Origin: a virus
Lineage: Duplodnaviria > Caudoviricetes
DNA: 64,000 nucleotides
Direction: 5' to 3' (one strand)
Virus record (IMG/VR): IMGVR_UViG_3300020814_000535
Numbering within the stretch: position 1 is the stretch's first letter; every line of letters starts with the position of its first letter. The notes under the pieces were generated by a model. It was not told the origin of the DNA and did not search any database. It worked only from the letters and a program-made list of their open reading frames with translations. This document shows, one piece after another, positions 1 to 9,246 of this stretch. The position numbers and the translations under genes are program-made.

Positions 1-839
1 GGTCTAAATCTTGGTCTAAGAAAAAGAGCGCTCAAGCTGTTGAGAAACTCAAAAGTTATGTTTTGCAAGAATTTTCGTCATTAAAAGAATGGTGCTCTTA
101 TGCAAACGAAAGAAGATTTGTTAAAACTTCTATCGCAAAGTTCATTCCCTTTGACGACGATTTCTTGTGGCTCGTTGGGAAATGGACCGCAGATGGGTGG
201 TTTAAAAAAGAGGGGAGCAGAGAATGGGGAATTTGTTTTAATAGCAACGAGGTTGATCAAATTTCTAGGGTTGAGGACTGGTTAACCAAGAACTCACTTG
301 CCTACACCAAGAGAGATGGCTACAAAGGCAAAAAACTAGTTCAAATTCGTGTCAATTCGGGAATATTCTCCAAGTGGTGGAAAATACTTTTCGATAAATA
401 CAGGTGTAGCTCTCAAACAAAACACTTTCCTTCGTTCGTTTTCTCGCTACCAGATGACAAGTTGAGAATAGTAATTAAAGGATACATGGACGGGGACGGC
501 CACTATGGAGCAAACAAAAATAGAGCCACTACAACATCCTATATTTTGGCTTATCAACTAAGGTTTTTGTTACTAAGTCTTGGACTGCCATCCTCATTAC
601 AGTATTCTATTCGCGAAGAAAAAAGGTGGATCTGTTTAAATCCAATAAGAGAAAGCTATGTGATAGATTTTCCCAAAAACGATGGAATTACAAAATATAA
701 ATATCGATGGAGTCCTCATCCCGATGGAATTTGGACACAAATTTGGAAAATCGCAAAGGTTGTAGATAAAAAGAAGGTGTATGATATTTCGGTAGAAAAA
801 GATTCTTCTTATCTAACCACCTCTGGCGTAGTACACAAT
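1..839 (+). mobile_element. Intein with LAGLIDADG endonuclease in DnaE (N-terminal part outside window)
   Basis: Endonuclease blocks LVGKWTADG and IKGYMDGDG. C-terminal splice motif VYDISVEKDSSYLTTSGVVHN followed by extein SVGGSL, which corresponds to the GRG/SAAGS motif of DnaE. Confidence 0.93.
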
Positions 840-3221
840 AGCGTAGGCGGGTCTTTAGCTGCATACTCGTTACGTATCTCCCACGTCGATCCGATAAGGT
901 ACAAACTTATCTTTGAGCGCTTTTTAAATCCAGACAGAGTTAGTATGTGTGACATTGATATGGACTATCCCGACGATCGGCGAGAAGAAGTCATAGAGTA
1001 TTTGGTCGACAAGTTCGGAGAAAACTCTGTCTCTCGTATTGGCACTTTTGGTACAATGAAAGCCAAGGGTGCTATTCGAGATATCACCCGTTGTTTAGGC
1101 TACGATTATGAAATTGGAGACAAACTCTCTAATCTTGTTCTTCCACCCGTCTCGGGCCAACCCCAATCCTTGGAAACTTGTTATGAGCAAGTTGCCGAAC
1201 TTAAGCAACTTCGCGATACTCCTGGGACTCCTGAAGCAGAAGTTCTTCGCTGGGCCGAAAGACTAGAAAATAGAATTCGCACTTCGGGAACTCACGCTTC
1301 CGGAGTTGTGATTTCAGAGGGGCCAGTTTACGAGCGAATCCCTCTGATGTTAGGGAAGGATAAAAAGCCAACCACCCAGTTTGAGATGAACAATGTTGAA
1401 GAGGTGGGGCTGATCAAGTTTGATATCTTGGGCCTAAAAGCTTTAACGACGGTAGATAGATGTTGCAAGCTTATTGAGCAAACTCGTGGCACCAAAATAG
1501 ATCCACTAGAAATCCCGCTGGATGACGAAGAAACGTTCGAGCTACTGTCTCGAGGAGAAACCGATGGAATTTTTCAACTTGAAGGATCTTCTGGACTCCA
1601 AGATCTGACGATCCGTTTAAGGCCCAGGTGTTTGGAAGACATCTCGCTTCTCGTGGCACTCTATCGTCCAGGGCCACTAGCAACAGGAATGGTAGACCAG
1701 GTGATTAAGGTTAGGAATCTGGAGGTGCAGGCAGAATATTATATTCCCGAATTAAGGCCAATTTTGGAGGAAACGGCTGGCTGTATCGTCTACCAGGAAC
1801 AGGCAATGCAAATTGCTAGAGACCTGGCTGGATATTCCATGGGTGAGGCGGACACGATGAGAAAAGCTATTGGTAAAAAGAAGGCGGCTCTGATGGAGGA
1901 GCAGCGAGTTAAGTTCGTTTCAGGAATGGTTACCAATGGTTTTGAGGAGGCGAAAGCCCAACGTCTCTTTGGCGAAATAGAAGGTTTTGCAGCTTACAGT
2001 TTTAATAGGAGCCATTCGCTAACTTACGGATATCTCGGATATATTACCGCCTACCTTAAAGCTCACTATCCTTCAGAGTTCATGTGCGCGTGCATGACTA
2101 CGGATTCGGATGAACCTGAAAAAGTAGTAAGGTATATCTCTTATTGCAAGTCTCATGGAATTGAGGTTTCACCTCCAGATGTGAATGCTTCCAGAGATTC
2201 TTTTACTGTAGATAAAAATGGGAAGATTTGTTTTGGTTTGGCGGCTATTAAAAATCTAGGGGCTGGACCAGTAAAGCTTATTGTCCGAGAGAGGGAAAGA
2301 GGCGGGGAGTTTGTTGATATATTTGATTTCTGCCGGCGTGTCGACAACTCCATTGTTAATTCTAAGAAGCTAGAGTCTCTGATTCTTTGCGGGGCGTTTG
2401 ATAAAGTCCATCAGGGAATGAATCGAACAGCTCTTCTGATGGCTATGGACGACGTCTGGAAGTACAAAGAAGAGATCAAACGTTATGAATCCAAGATGGA
2501 GACCTACAATAAACGGCTGGAAGCTTGGAATCAACGAGAAGAAGAGCGCAAGACGGGTGTAAAGAAGCCATCCCTCAAGTTTCCCGAGAAACCAGAGAAA
2601 CCTGGAGACCCAAAAATTCTCGAAGGTGTGCCGTCTATTCCTGTGCTCGAGAAGTTGAAACACGAACGAGAACTGTTGGGTTTTTATTTATCGGGCCATC
2701 CGGTGGAATTTGTTGAAAAAGTCTGGCACCGAAAGATTTGTGAATTAGGGGATAGCGGGCAAAACGAAGTAATCATTATTGCTGTCCCTACAATTATCAA
2801 GGAGCTTACGACACGCAGAAAAAAGGAAAGGATGGCTCAGCTTACTGTTGAGGACAACACGGGCTCGATGGAAGTCGTTGCTTTCCCGAAATCCTGGAGC
2901 AAGTTTGCTTCGACGATCGCCGAGGGGACCCCTCTGATTCTCGATATTAAAATGGAAGCAAATGACGAGGCTAGCGATCTAAAGAGAGGAATTCTCGTAG
3001 ACGCTAAACCAGCCCCTCTGAGTACGGCTGGACCAATGGAGCTAGTTATTTCTGTGGATGCGGTTCCACGGATGATAAATGCGCTGAAAGACAGCGAAAC
3101 AAACGATAACAAAGGAGAGATGTTCGACATAGTAATCAAAGCAAGATCTGGAGGAAGTTTGAAGTTGTCAGCTCGAGGAAAGATTGATCACCTCACCTTA
3201 ACGCGGCGGATGGGAGGGTAG
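3..3221 (+). CDS. dnaE: DNA polymerase III alpha subunit (DnaE-type), 5'-truncated, intein-containing
   Basis: Motifs FERFLNPDR, DIDMD, HASGVVIS, KFDILGL, GIFQLE, ALYRPGP, VYQEQ, YSFNRSH and a C-terminal OB fold. The frame is open back to the window start. Confidence 0.96.
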   Translation, partial: SKSWSKKKSAQAVEKLKSYVLQEFSSLKEWCSYANERRFVKTSIAKFIPFDDDFLWLVGKWTADGWFKKEGSREWGICFNSNEVDQISRVEDWLTKNSLAYTKRDGYKGKKLVQIRVNSGIFSKWWKILFDKYRCSSQTKHFPSFVFSLPDDKLRIVIKGYMDGDGHYGANKNRATTTSYILAYQLRFLLLSLGLPSSLQYSIREEKRWICLNPIRESYVIDFPKNDGITKYKYRWSPHPDGIWTQIWKIAKVVDKKKVYDISVEKDSSYLTTSGVVHNSVGGSLAAYSLRISHVDPIRYKLIFERFLNPDRVSMCDIDMDYPDDRREEVIEYLVDKFGENSVSRIGTFGTMKAKGAIRDITRCLGYDYEIGDKLSNLVLPPVSGQPQSLETCYEQVAELKQLRDTPGTPEAEVLRWAERLENRIRTSGTHASGVVISEGPVYERIPLMLGKDKKPTTQFEMNNVEEVGLIKFDILGLKALTTVDRCCKLIEQTRGTKIDPLEIPLDDEETFELLSRGETDGIFQLEGSSGLQDLTIRLRPRCLEDISLLVALYRPGPLATGMVDQVIKVRNLEVQAEYYIPELRPILEETAGCIVYQEQAMQIARDLAGYSMGEADTMRKAIGKKKAALMEEQRVKFVSGMVTNGFEEAKAQRLFGEIEGFAAYSFNRSHSLTYGYLGYITAYLKAHYPSEFMCACMTTDSDEPEKVVRYISYCKSHGIEVSPPDVNASRDSFTVDKNGKICFGLAAIKNLGAGPVKLIVRERERGGEFVDIFDFCRRVDNSIVNSKKLESLILCGAFDKVHQGMNRTALLMAMDDVWKYKEEIKRYESKMETYNKRLEAWNQREEERKTGVKKPSLKFPEKPEKPGDPKILEGVPSIPVLEKLKHERELLGFYLSGHPVEFVEKVWHRKICELGDSGQNEVIIIAVPTIIKELTTRRKKERMAQLTVEDNTGSMEVVAFPKSWSKFASTIAEGTPLILDIKMEANDEASDLKRGILVDAKPAPLSTAGPMELVISVDAVPRMINALKDSETNDNKGEMFDIVIKARSGGSLKLSARGKIDHLTLTRRMGG

Positions 3222-3225
3222 GACG

Positions 3226-3411
3226 ATGCAAGCATTACTTGATATCCTTTTCAAATTGGCGGGATCGATGGTTTGGTGGGCCGAAATTATCTCGGCTTTG
3301 GCTGGCTTGGCAGCAGCCATTTGGAGTTCGTGGAAGGTTTATCAGGTAACCAACAGCGGAAAAGCGTTTAGGGTGACCCGTGGCCTCCTCCCAATACCAG
3401 CGCATCGTTAA
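3226..3411 (+). CDS. Small membrane protein
   Basis: 61 aa with a hydrophobic helix (IISALAGLAAAIW), a purine-rich SD upstream, and it fills the gap after dnaE. Confidence 0.6.
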   Translation: MQALLDILFKLAGSMVWWAEIISALAGLAAAIWSSWKVYQVTNSGKAFRVTRGLLPIPAHR

Positions 3412-4210
3412 GCTCACCAAGAAGATTCAGGGCGGCCGTAGTCTGCCTCCGATGCTTGCGGATGACGAATCTATTCTCAGTAAAAATCTCAAAACAGGTT
3501 ATTCACTCAATTTTCCTATTGCTCTGACCTGTAACCCCACCAAGGTTTGTATGAGATTGTGTTACGGCTCAAAACCTGGGGCACCAATTAATTGGGATGC
3601 AAGTATCGCAAAACAGCTGAGGCTTTGGTCGTTCTTTCAACAAGCTTCTACAGAAGAAGTAGCACAACGAATTATTCGAGAGTATGATATGAAAGAGCTA
3701 GATTGGTTGCGGTGGAACGGGGTGGGCGATCTTTTCCCGAGGAGTACGAAGGTAATTAATTATATTACCGAAGAGCGGCCAGATGTTAGGTTGCTTGTCG
3801 TCTCCCGGAAACCTCAAGAGGTTGCAAAACTGAATCCTGGCCCAAACCTCTATATCATGTTCTCGCTTGACAATGCTTCTCGAGATAGGTTAGAAAAGTT
3901 TAATAGGCTAATGCCAAAGGGACATCCAAGACTATTTTTTTCTTTTCTACGAGAAAATCCAGACGATGACACCATGGGTGCGCAAATTATCTTCAACGCA
4001 CATCAGAACAGAGATCAGCTTCCTTATGATTCCAAGCGAAAGTGCTGTCCAGTAGATGCAGGAGTTCTCGACATTGAAGGAGGATGTGATTCCTGTAAAA
4101 AGTGTTTTACTAACTCTATCCTAAAATCGTCTCGGAAGGAGTTTAATGACTACCGAGCCCCTGCAAACTGTCTGGAGTCAACAGGAAACAGATATTCTAA
4201 AGCTGCTTAG
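3380..4210 (+). CDS. Phage GP88-like Cys-cluster protein
   Basis: SKNLK...TCNPTKVCMRLCYG, RWNGVGD, FSLD and C-terminal CP...CDSCKKC resemble the gene-product-88 family. Confidence 0.65.
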   Translation: MASSQYQRIVKLTKKIQGGRSLPPMLADDESILSKNLKTGYSLNFPIALTCNPTKVCMRLCYGSKPGAPINWDASIAKQLRLWSFFQQASTEEVAQRIIREYDMKELDWLRWNGVGDLFPRSTKVINYITEERPDVRLLVVSRKPQEVAKLNPGPNLYIMFSLDNASRDRLEKFNRLMPKGHPRLFFSFLRENPDDDTMGAQIIFNAHQNRDQLPYDSKRKCCPVDAGVLDIEGGCDSCKKCFTNSILKSSRKEFNDYRAPANCLESTGNRYSKAA

Positions 4211-5339
4211 GCCCGTTTGTACTACTCTTGAAATCAAAAGCATCTTTGACAATCTAGGTTTTGAACGGTCTCTAGGCTCAATCCGACGAAAGAGCGACAG
4301 AGGTCGTCTCGCTTTTATAGAGCTTGGATTCCCTGAATTAGATACGGTTTCAGACGAAGTCTCTCAGGCAATCCGAATGGCAATTGGAGACCGAGAGGAG
4401 ACCTTCATCTCGTCTCTGATCAAACCTAAACGCTATTCTAAGATCGACCTCCAAGAAGCAGAACAATGGTTTGACGTTCTCTTGGAGATGCGCCAGAAAA
4501 CACCTCGCTTTCCCCTCAAGCCATCCACCCAATCTAACAACTCAGCCCTAGCAATTCTTTTCTCCGATTGGCACGCGGGGAGAGTCTTGTACAACGAGGC
4601 TGGGGAGACGATCTACAATATGCAGATTATGAGCAAGCGAGCGGAGCTTTTTGCCGAGAAGATCGCTTGCTTCTCGAGTGGGTACAACTTCGACGAAATC
4701 TTAGTCTTAATTGATGGAGATATGGCCGATGGAAAAGATATCTTTCCGGCTCAGGGAGAATCCACTCCAGTTACTCCACTCTACCAGGTACATCACGTCG
4801 TCAAAACAATCTGGACGTTTATTCTTTCGCTCAACAGTTTCTTTCCGCGCGTGCGTATCCGCGTGGTAACGTGTCCAGGCAACCACGGTCGAATCGAGAA
4901 TTCCAAGATCAGCAACTTCGACAATTTCATTTATCAGGAGCTAGAACTTCTTGTATGGATGAGTTCGCTGGACAAGAAGACTCGACTTGATGTTAGCATC
5001 TCCAATAACTTTGGGTTTGAATACAACAATGTAGTGTCTAAAGGCTTCAAGATCCACATGCGTCATTTTGCGCCTAAGGAAACAGACACATCAGCAGGAA
5101 GAAGCAGGTTCTTGGGTTGGTATCAGAAGCATGATTATGATTTGATTTGTTCGGGGCATTGGCATCATTTTGGGCATTCACCAGTTAATGGAAAACCGGC
5201 TGTTCGGAATGGAAGTCTTATGGGTGGAGATAATTATGCTGAAGAGTTCGGCGCAGATGATCCTCCATCTCAGAGTATTATTGTCCTTTCACCCAATGGC
5301 CCAATCCCTATCCTTGCAGCTCCTGTACCTCTAAGTTAA
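4146..5339 (+). CDS. Calcineurin-like metallophosphoesterase with N-terminal HTH
   Basis: Motifs SDWHAG, GDMADG, PGNHGR, GHWHH and NGS. Confidence 0.85.
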   Translation: MTTEPLQTVWSQQETDILKLLRPVCTTLEIKSIFDNLGFERSLGSIRRKSDRGRLAFIELGFPELDTVSDEVSQAIRMAIGDREETFISSLIKPKRYSKIDLQEAEQWFDVLLEMRQKTPRFPLKPSTQSNNSALAILFSDWHAGRVLYNEAGETIYNMQIMSKRAELFAEKIACFSSGYNFDEILVLIDGDMADGKDIFPAQGESTPVTPLYQVHHVVKTIWTFILSLNSFFPRVRIRVVTCPGNHGRIENSKISNFDNFIYQELELLVWMSSLDKKTRLDVSISNNFGFEYNNVVSKGFKIHMRHFAPKETDTSAGRSRFLGWYQKHDYDLICSGHWHHFGHSPVNGKPAVRNGSLMGGDNYAEEFGADDPPSQSIIVLSPNGPIPILAAPVPLS

Positions 5340-5350
5340 GTAGGTTCCTA

Positions 5351-5809
5351 GTGTCCGACAGACCAAACTGGCATGAATACTTCATGGCTATTTGCGATCA
5401 AGTAGCCCTACGTTCCACCTGCGATCGAAAACATGTTGGCGCCGTGATCGTTGACGAAGAAAATCATATCCTTGCTTCTGGATACAACGGAACCCTTCCC
5501 GGTCAGCCTCACTGTAACGAAGTAAACCATTATATGGAGAACGGACACTGCACCAATGTTCTTCATGCAGAAATTAACGTAGTCGCCCATGCAGCCAAAC
5601 GAGGAATCTGTCTAAGGGGGACAACTCTATATTGTAATGTTTTGCCTTGTTGGAATTGCGCGAAAGTTATTGCTGCGGCGGGGATCAAGCGAGTGATCTT
5701 CCGAGAAACCTACGGAGCAGATCCAAGAGTTTTCGACATTCTTTTCATTCAAAGACTCGATCAGGCAGTTGAGTATGATAATCAATGGAAAGGCGACTTT
5801 GACAAATAA
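5351..5809 (+). CDS. dCMP deaminase
   Basis: RSTC, SGYNG, HAEIN and PCWNC zinc-deaminase motifs. Confidence 0.93.
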   Translation: MSDRPNWHEYFMAICDQVALRSTCDRKHVGAVIVDEENHILASGYNGTLPGQPHCNEVNHYMENGHCTNVLHAEINVVAHAAKRGICLRGTTLYCNVLPCWNCAKVIAAAGIKRVIFRETYGADPRVFDILFIQRLDQAVEYDNQWKGDFDK

Positions 5810-5810
5810 T

Positions 5811-6503
5811 ATGGAACGCCTCAATCCTCACGGTCTTCTAAGGCGTCTTGCCGCTCAAAAAGTGAAGCCTGACGCTTTCCATGGGATGTTGTTAACTCAC
5901 GGATGTTCAGGCTGTAATCTCGGCTTCCAAGAACAGGCTCATGGCCCAGTTTTCTACCGTGGTGATGTTAATTCTAAGTGGGCTATTATAGGTGAGGCGT
6001 TGGGTGAAACTGAAGTTGAATTACGATTGCCTTTTCAAGGTCCAGCTGGTAAATTGCTAGATCAAATGCTGGGGTTTCTAAATGTGCCATGGGAGCCTCT
6101 GATCAGTAACGTTTGTTTGTGCAGGCCAATTGCTCCAGCAGGTTCGGGCCGACAAAACCTGACTCCAACGGAGGAACAACTCAGTGCTTGCAGGCCTTAT
6201 ATTTCTTACTTGCTTAATTGGGTTCAACCTGATCTCGTGGTACTTTGTGGCGGCACCGCAGTTAAAAGCCTATTACCGAAATTTGCGGGGGAGAAGATAG
6301 GAGATCTGGTCGGGCAATTTATAATCTCCGAGGAATTCGAAGGAATACTGTTTACGGTACTTTATCATCCAGCGTTTTTGCTGCGCAAAAAGAACAATCC
6401 GATTATCTATAAACCATATCAAGAGAAAACAGTAGATGCTCTTAACCGCATCAAAGAGGTCCTCAAGGAAATCTATGAAACTGAAGAAACATCCGCGTCC
6501 TGA
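5811..6503 (+). CDS. Uracil-DNA glycosylase family 4
   Basis: CxxC, GEALG, PFQGPAGKLL, NVCLCRP, YHPA. Start moved to the ATG at 5811, just after the dCMP deaminase stop. Confidence 0.88.
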   Translation: MERLNPHGLLRRLAAQKVKPDAFHGMLLTHGCSGCNLGFQEQAHGPVFYRGDVNSKWAIIGEALGETEVELRLPFQGPAGKLLDQMLGFLNVPWEPLISNVCLCRPIAPAGSGRQNLTPTEEQLSACRPYISYLLNWVQPDLVVLCGGTAVKSLLPKFAGEKIGDLVGQFIISEEFEGILFTVLYHPAFLLRKKNNPIIYKPYQEKTVDALNRIKEVLKEIYETEETSAS

Positions 6504-6966
6504 CAGAACGCCTCGCGACTCGCAGCAAGCAGAGGGAACTGAAGAGAAGAAGCCTCTTACTATGGAAGAGGCTCTGGTTATTAAACTGAAGTCTCGCCAG
6601 AAGATGCGCGAAGGGGTCCTGAAGAGACTGAAGAACCAGTCTGAGTTAACGGGAACCAAGACTCGTAACTTTGACAAGTCAGTAATGGAGATCGCGAGTC
6701 TACACGAAGAAATGCTTAGTCCTATGATTCTAGATATGGTGAACCTGGTCAAGAAGGTTGGAGTGAATCGTGGGGAGACTTATGAGTTGGCGGCGAATCT
6801 CCGACTCCTGATTGAGATCCTCGTTAAGAAGGGCCTGGTTACCAAGGAGGACTTCGAGGAAGCTCTGAAGGACGTCGAGAAGCGACAGGCTGCCGAAGAA
6901 ACACCAGTGGAAGAAGTTGCTGCTGAAACTCCTGTAGTCACCGAGGAACCGCCTGCCGCTGAATAA
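6475..6966 (+). CDS. Hypothetical helical protein with acidic repetitive tail
   Basis: ATG at 6475 follows AAGGAA. C-terminus AAEETPVEEVAAETPVVTEEPPAAE. Confidence 0.7.
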   Translation: MKLKKHPRPDRTPRDSQQAEGTEEKKPLTMEEALVIKLKSRQKMREGVLKRLKNQSELTGTKTRNFDKSVMEIASLHEEMLSPMILDMVNLVKKVGVNRGETYELAANLRLLIEILVKKGLVTKEDFEEALKDVEKRQAAEETPVEEVAAETPVVTEEPPAAE

Positions 6967-6972
6967 TTTGCC

Positions 6973-7434
6973 GTGAGCGAGATTGTCTCTCTCAATCCCT
7001 GCCGAGTTACCGTTGAGTATGGTGGCGACCTTACTGTTCGTCAATACGCAACTTACTTCCTTTCTAATAGAGCCAAAATAATTCAGAACGGCAGTCTCGT
7101 AATTATTACGGGCAGATTTCTTTCAATAAATAAACTAGAGGCGGCAACCATCCAGGTGCCATCACTACTTACAGTGACTTCGGAAACGGATTTTGGTGGG
7201 GGACCTCCATCTGGGACACTTCTATTTGAGAGTCAAATGCGTCTGGTGATCGTTCATGGGAGAGAGAGCAATAAGACCTATAACGCTTATCATCACACAG
7301 GCATAACAGGAATCAATCCTCCTGTGTATGATAATCTATTTGAATTGACCGGCTACATCAAACCAGTTGAGCCCGAAAAGAAAACCACATTTGCTGGTAT
7401 GTTAGGGAAAATAATTGCCGACGATGAAGAATAA
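6973..7434 (+). CDS. Hypothetical protein
   Basis: 153 aa ORF in operon-like tiling. Confidence 0.6.
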   Translation: MSEIVSLNPCRVTVEYGGDLTVRQYATYFLSNRAKIIQNGSLVIITGRFLSINKLEAATIQVPSLLTVTSETDFGGGPPSGTLLFESQMRLVIVHGRESNKTYNAYHHTGITGINPPVYDNLFELTGYIKPVEPEKKTTFAGMLGKIIADDEE

Positions 7435-7873
7435 TACAATTAAACTTAGCGAGATCCCAGATATAGATGAATTTCTGCTACAAGAGCATAAAACTATAGT
7501 GATAAATACGGGTGGAAAGAATATAGTCCTTCTGATGGAAATACTTCAGTCAAAGGGATGGGAACTTAATGGGCTTAAGCCCCTTGAATTTATTAAAGTG
7601 GTTTTTCACGACAAGGCAAGGAGCGTCTCGGATTTAAAAGTTGTTATTTTGCGCAAGATTCCTAATGTCAGTAAGCCCTATATGAGCTGGTGTCCAAGCG
7701 GTTGTGACAATCTTTACTGTATAAATGAATCTTTTTTCGTAGACTGTCACCCAAAAAACTCATTTCACTTAAAACTAGTCATAGACGAAGCTTCTCAAAA
7801 AGTTCCTCAAAAGAGTGAATCTCTCGTTAGTTTGTTTGGAAGGCTAATAGCTGGCAATGACGACTTTAAATAA
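7424..7873 (+). CDS. Hypothetical protein
   Basis: About 149 aa ORF overlapping both neighbours; the ATG at 7424 was preferred as start. Confidence 0.55.
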   Translation: MKNNTIKLSEIPDIDEFLLQEHKTIVINTGGKNIVLLMEILQSKGWELNGLKPLEFIKVVFHDKARSVSDLKVVILRKIPNVSKPYMSWCPSGCDNLYCINESFFVDCHPKNSFHLKLVIDEASQKVPQKSESLVSLFGRLIAGNDDFK

Positions 7874-8111
7874 AGAAGCAGCCCTCAATCGTGCCAAAGA
7901 ACAAGGCATCGACGAATTAACTGACGATCACTGGAAAGTCATCCAGTATCTTCATGACTACTACACCAAATACGACTTAGCTCCAATGGTCAGGACATTA
8001 CTAAAAGAGACAGGAATTACATTGAAGAGGCTGTATGAATTATTCCCTGCAGGACCAGCTAAGGGGGCTTGTTTTGTGGCGGGGTTACCGAAGTCGCAAA
8101 GCTGCGTCTAA
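7857..8111 (+). CDS. dsrC: DsrC/TusE family sulfur relay protein (short form)
   Basis: ELTDDHWKVIQYL, APMVR, LYELFPAGPAKGAC...AGLPKSQSCV, with both C-terminal cysteines in a CX10C arrangement. Confidence 0.9.
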   Translation: MTTLNKEAALNRAKEQGIDELTDDHWKVIQYLHDYYTKYDLAPMVRTLLKETGITLKRLYELFPAGPAKGACFVAGLPKSQSCV

Positions 8112-8540
8112 TTACTTTAGCAATTCAGTTCTCGGGCTCATTACATCAATAACCATTCCCTTGATCTCTGGGCTACGACGAATACGGCCCCATTCCTTGA
8201 AAGCTTCATCTTTGGTTCCAAGAATTAGCTTCCTGGTGTCGTAATCCGGGAGAGGGATATTTCTTCCGTAACGGTCTAGTATTGGAGAACGTCGATAGAT
8301 GACTGTCATGTAGGGGAGGTTGATATTTACCTCGATTTTGATGATTCGTTGGCGGCACCTACGAAGCAGATTCCAAACTTCAAAAGAATCTTCCAGCTCT
8401 CCGTATAGAAGCATTTGCAGACTGTCTCTCTGAATAGGGATTCGCTCTTCGCACTCCTTTGGATCGAATCCTGAAATACGATTCTCTTCCTCGAGTTTCT
8501 GTTCTACGATAATGTCCTGGGGGATGATTTTCTCGGCCAC
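8112..8540 (-). CDS. Hypothetical protein
   Basis: 142 aa with a GTG start after AAGGAG; last gene of the minus-strand run. Confidence 0.7.
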   Translation of the reverse strand: MAEKIIPQDIIVEQKLEEENRISGFDPKECEERIPIQRDSLQMLLYGELEDSFEVWNLLRRCRQRIIKIEVNINLPYMTVIYRRSPILDRYGRNIPLPDYDTRKLILGTKDEAFKEWGRIRRSPEIKGMVIDVMSPRTELLK

Positions 8541-8544
8541 AATC

Positions 8545-9246
8545 TTACTCCTTTTTACTCCTTTGATTTACCCTTGGAGGTAAACCAGCAAATTTCTCTA
8601 ACCTGTGGATTCGGATGAGTTTGATATTTAGTTTTTGCTCGCAGATACCAAGGATTCTGGCTGATTCCTCCGCTGTAAAGTTTTCAGCATGATGTAAGTA
8701 AAGTGCTACACAGTCAGTGTAGCTCAGGTCCTTGAAGAAGTCAAAGTCCAGAGATTCTTCACAAAATTTTTCTACCAAAGCATCTTCGGGCAATTCTTCC
8801 CAAGAGACTTCGTCTTCTAAGCTTCTCAAGTACTGTTTGGGCCTTGTCATTCTGTAGACCAGGTGTTTACTAAGAATGTTGACCACTATGTGCCCGCGCG
8901 GACGGTAGTGCGGAAATCTATTCTCATAGCACATCAAATACATTTCGTTAATTAGTTCGTCGTCTTCTACCCACCAAGACTTCTCCAGAAACTCTTGGAC
9001 TTCATCCAGGGACGTCCACTTGTATCTCTGGTCTACTTGGCTGAGAAACAGGGCTAGAAACCGTTTGGCGGGCTTCCTGTTTCGGTAGGTTCGCCGGCAT
9101 TTAAACTGATCGACTAGGAAATTGATCTGGGGAATGTAACGAAGGTGTTTATATCTTCTGGAGTAAGATCTTTTACGATTCCCATTCCGGGATGGTATGC
9201 TTGCATTTCTTAGCCAGTTCGGAATAGTAGAAGAGGGTTGTGACAT
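8545..9246 (-). CDS. Putative sigma-70-like factor (region-4 HTH)
   Basis: C-terminal LSYTDCVALYLHHAENFTAEESARILGICEQKL resembles sigma region 4. Start position uncertain. Confidence 0.5.
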   Translation of the reverse strand: MSQPSSTIPNWLRNASIPSRNGNRKRSYSRRYKHLRYIPQINFLVDQFKCRRTYRNRKPAKRFLALFLSQVDQRYKWTSLDEVQEFLEKSWWVEDDELINEMYLMCYENRFPHYRPRGHIVVNILSKHLVYRMTRPKQYLRSLEDEVSWEELPEDALVEKFCEESLDFDFFKDLSYTDCVALYLHHAENFTAEESARILGICEQKLNIKLIRIHRLEKFAGLPPRVNQRSKKE

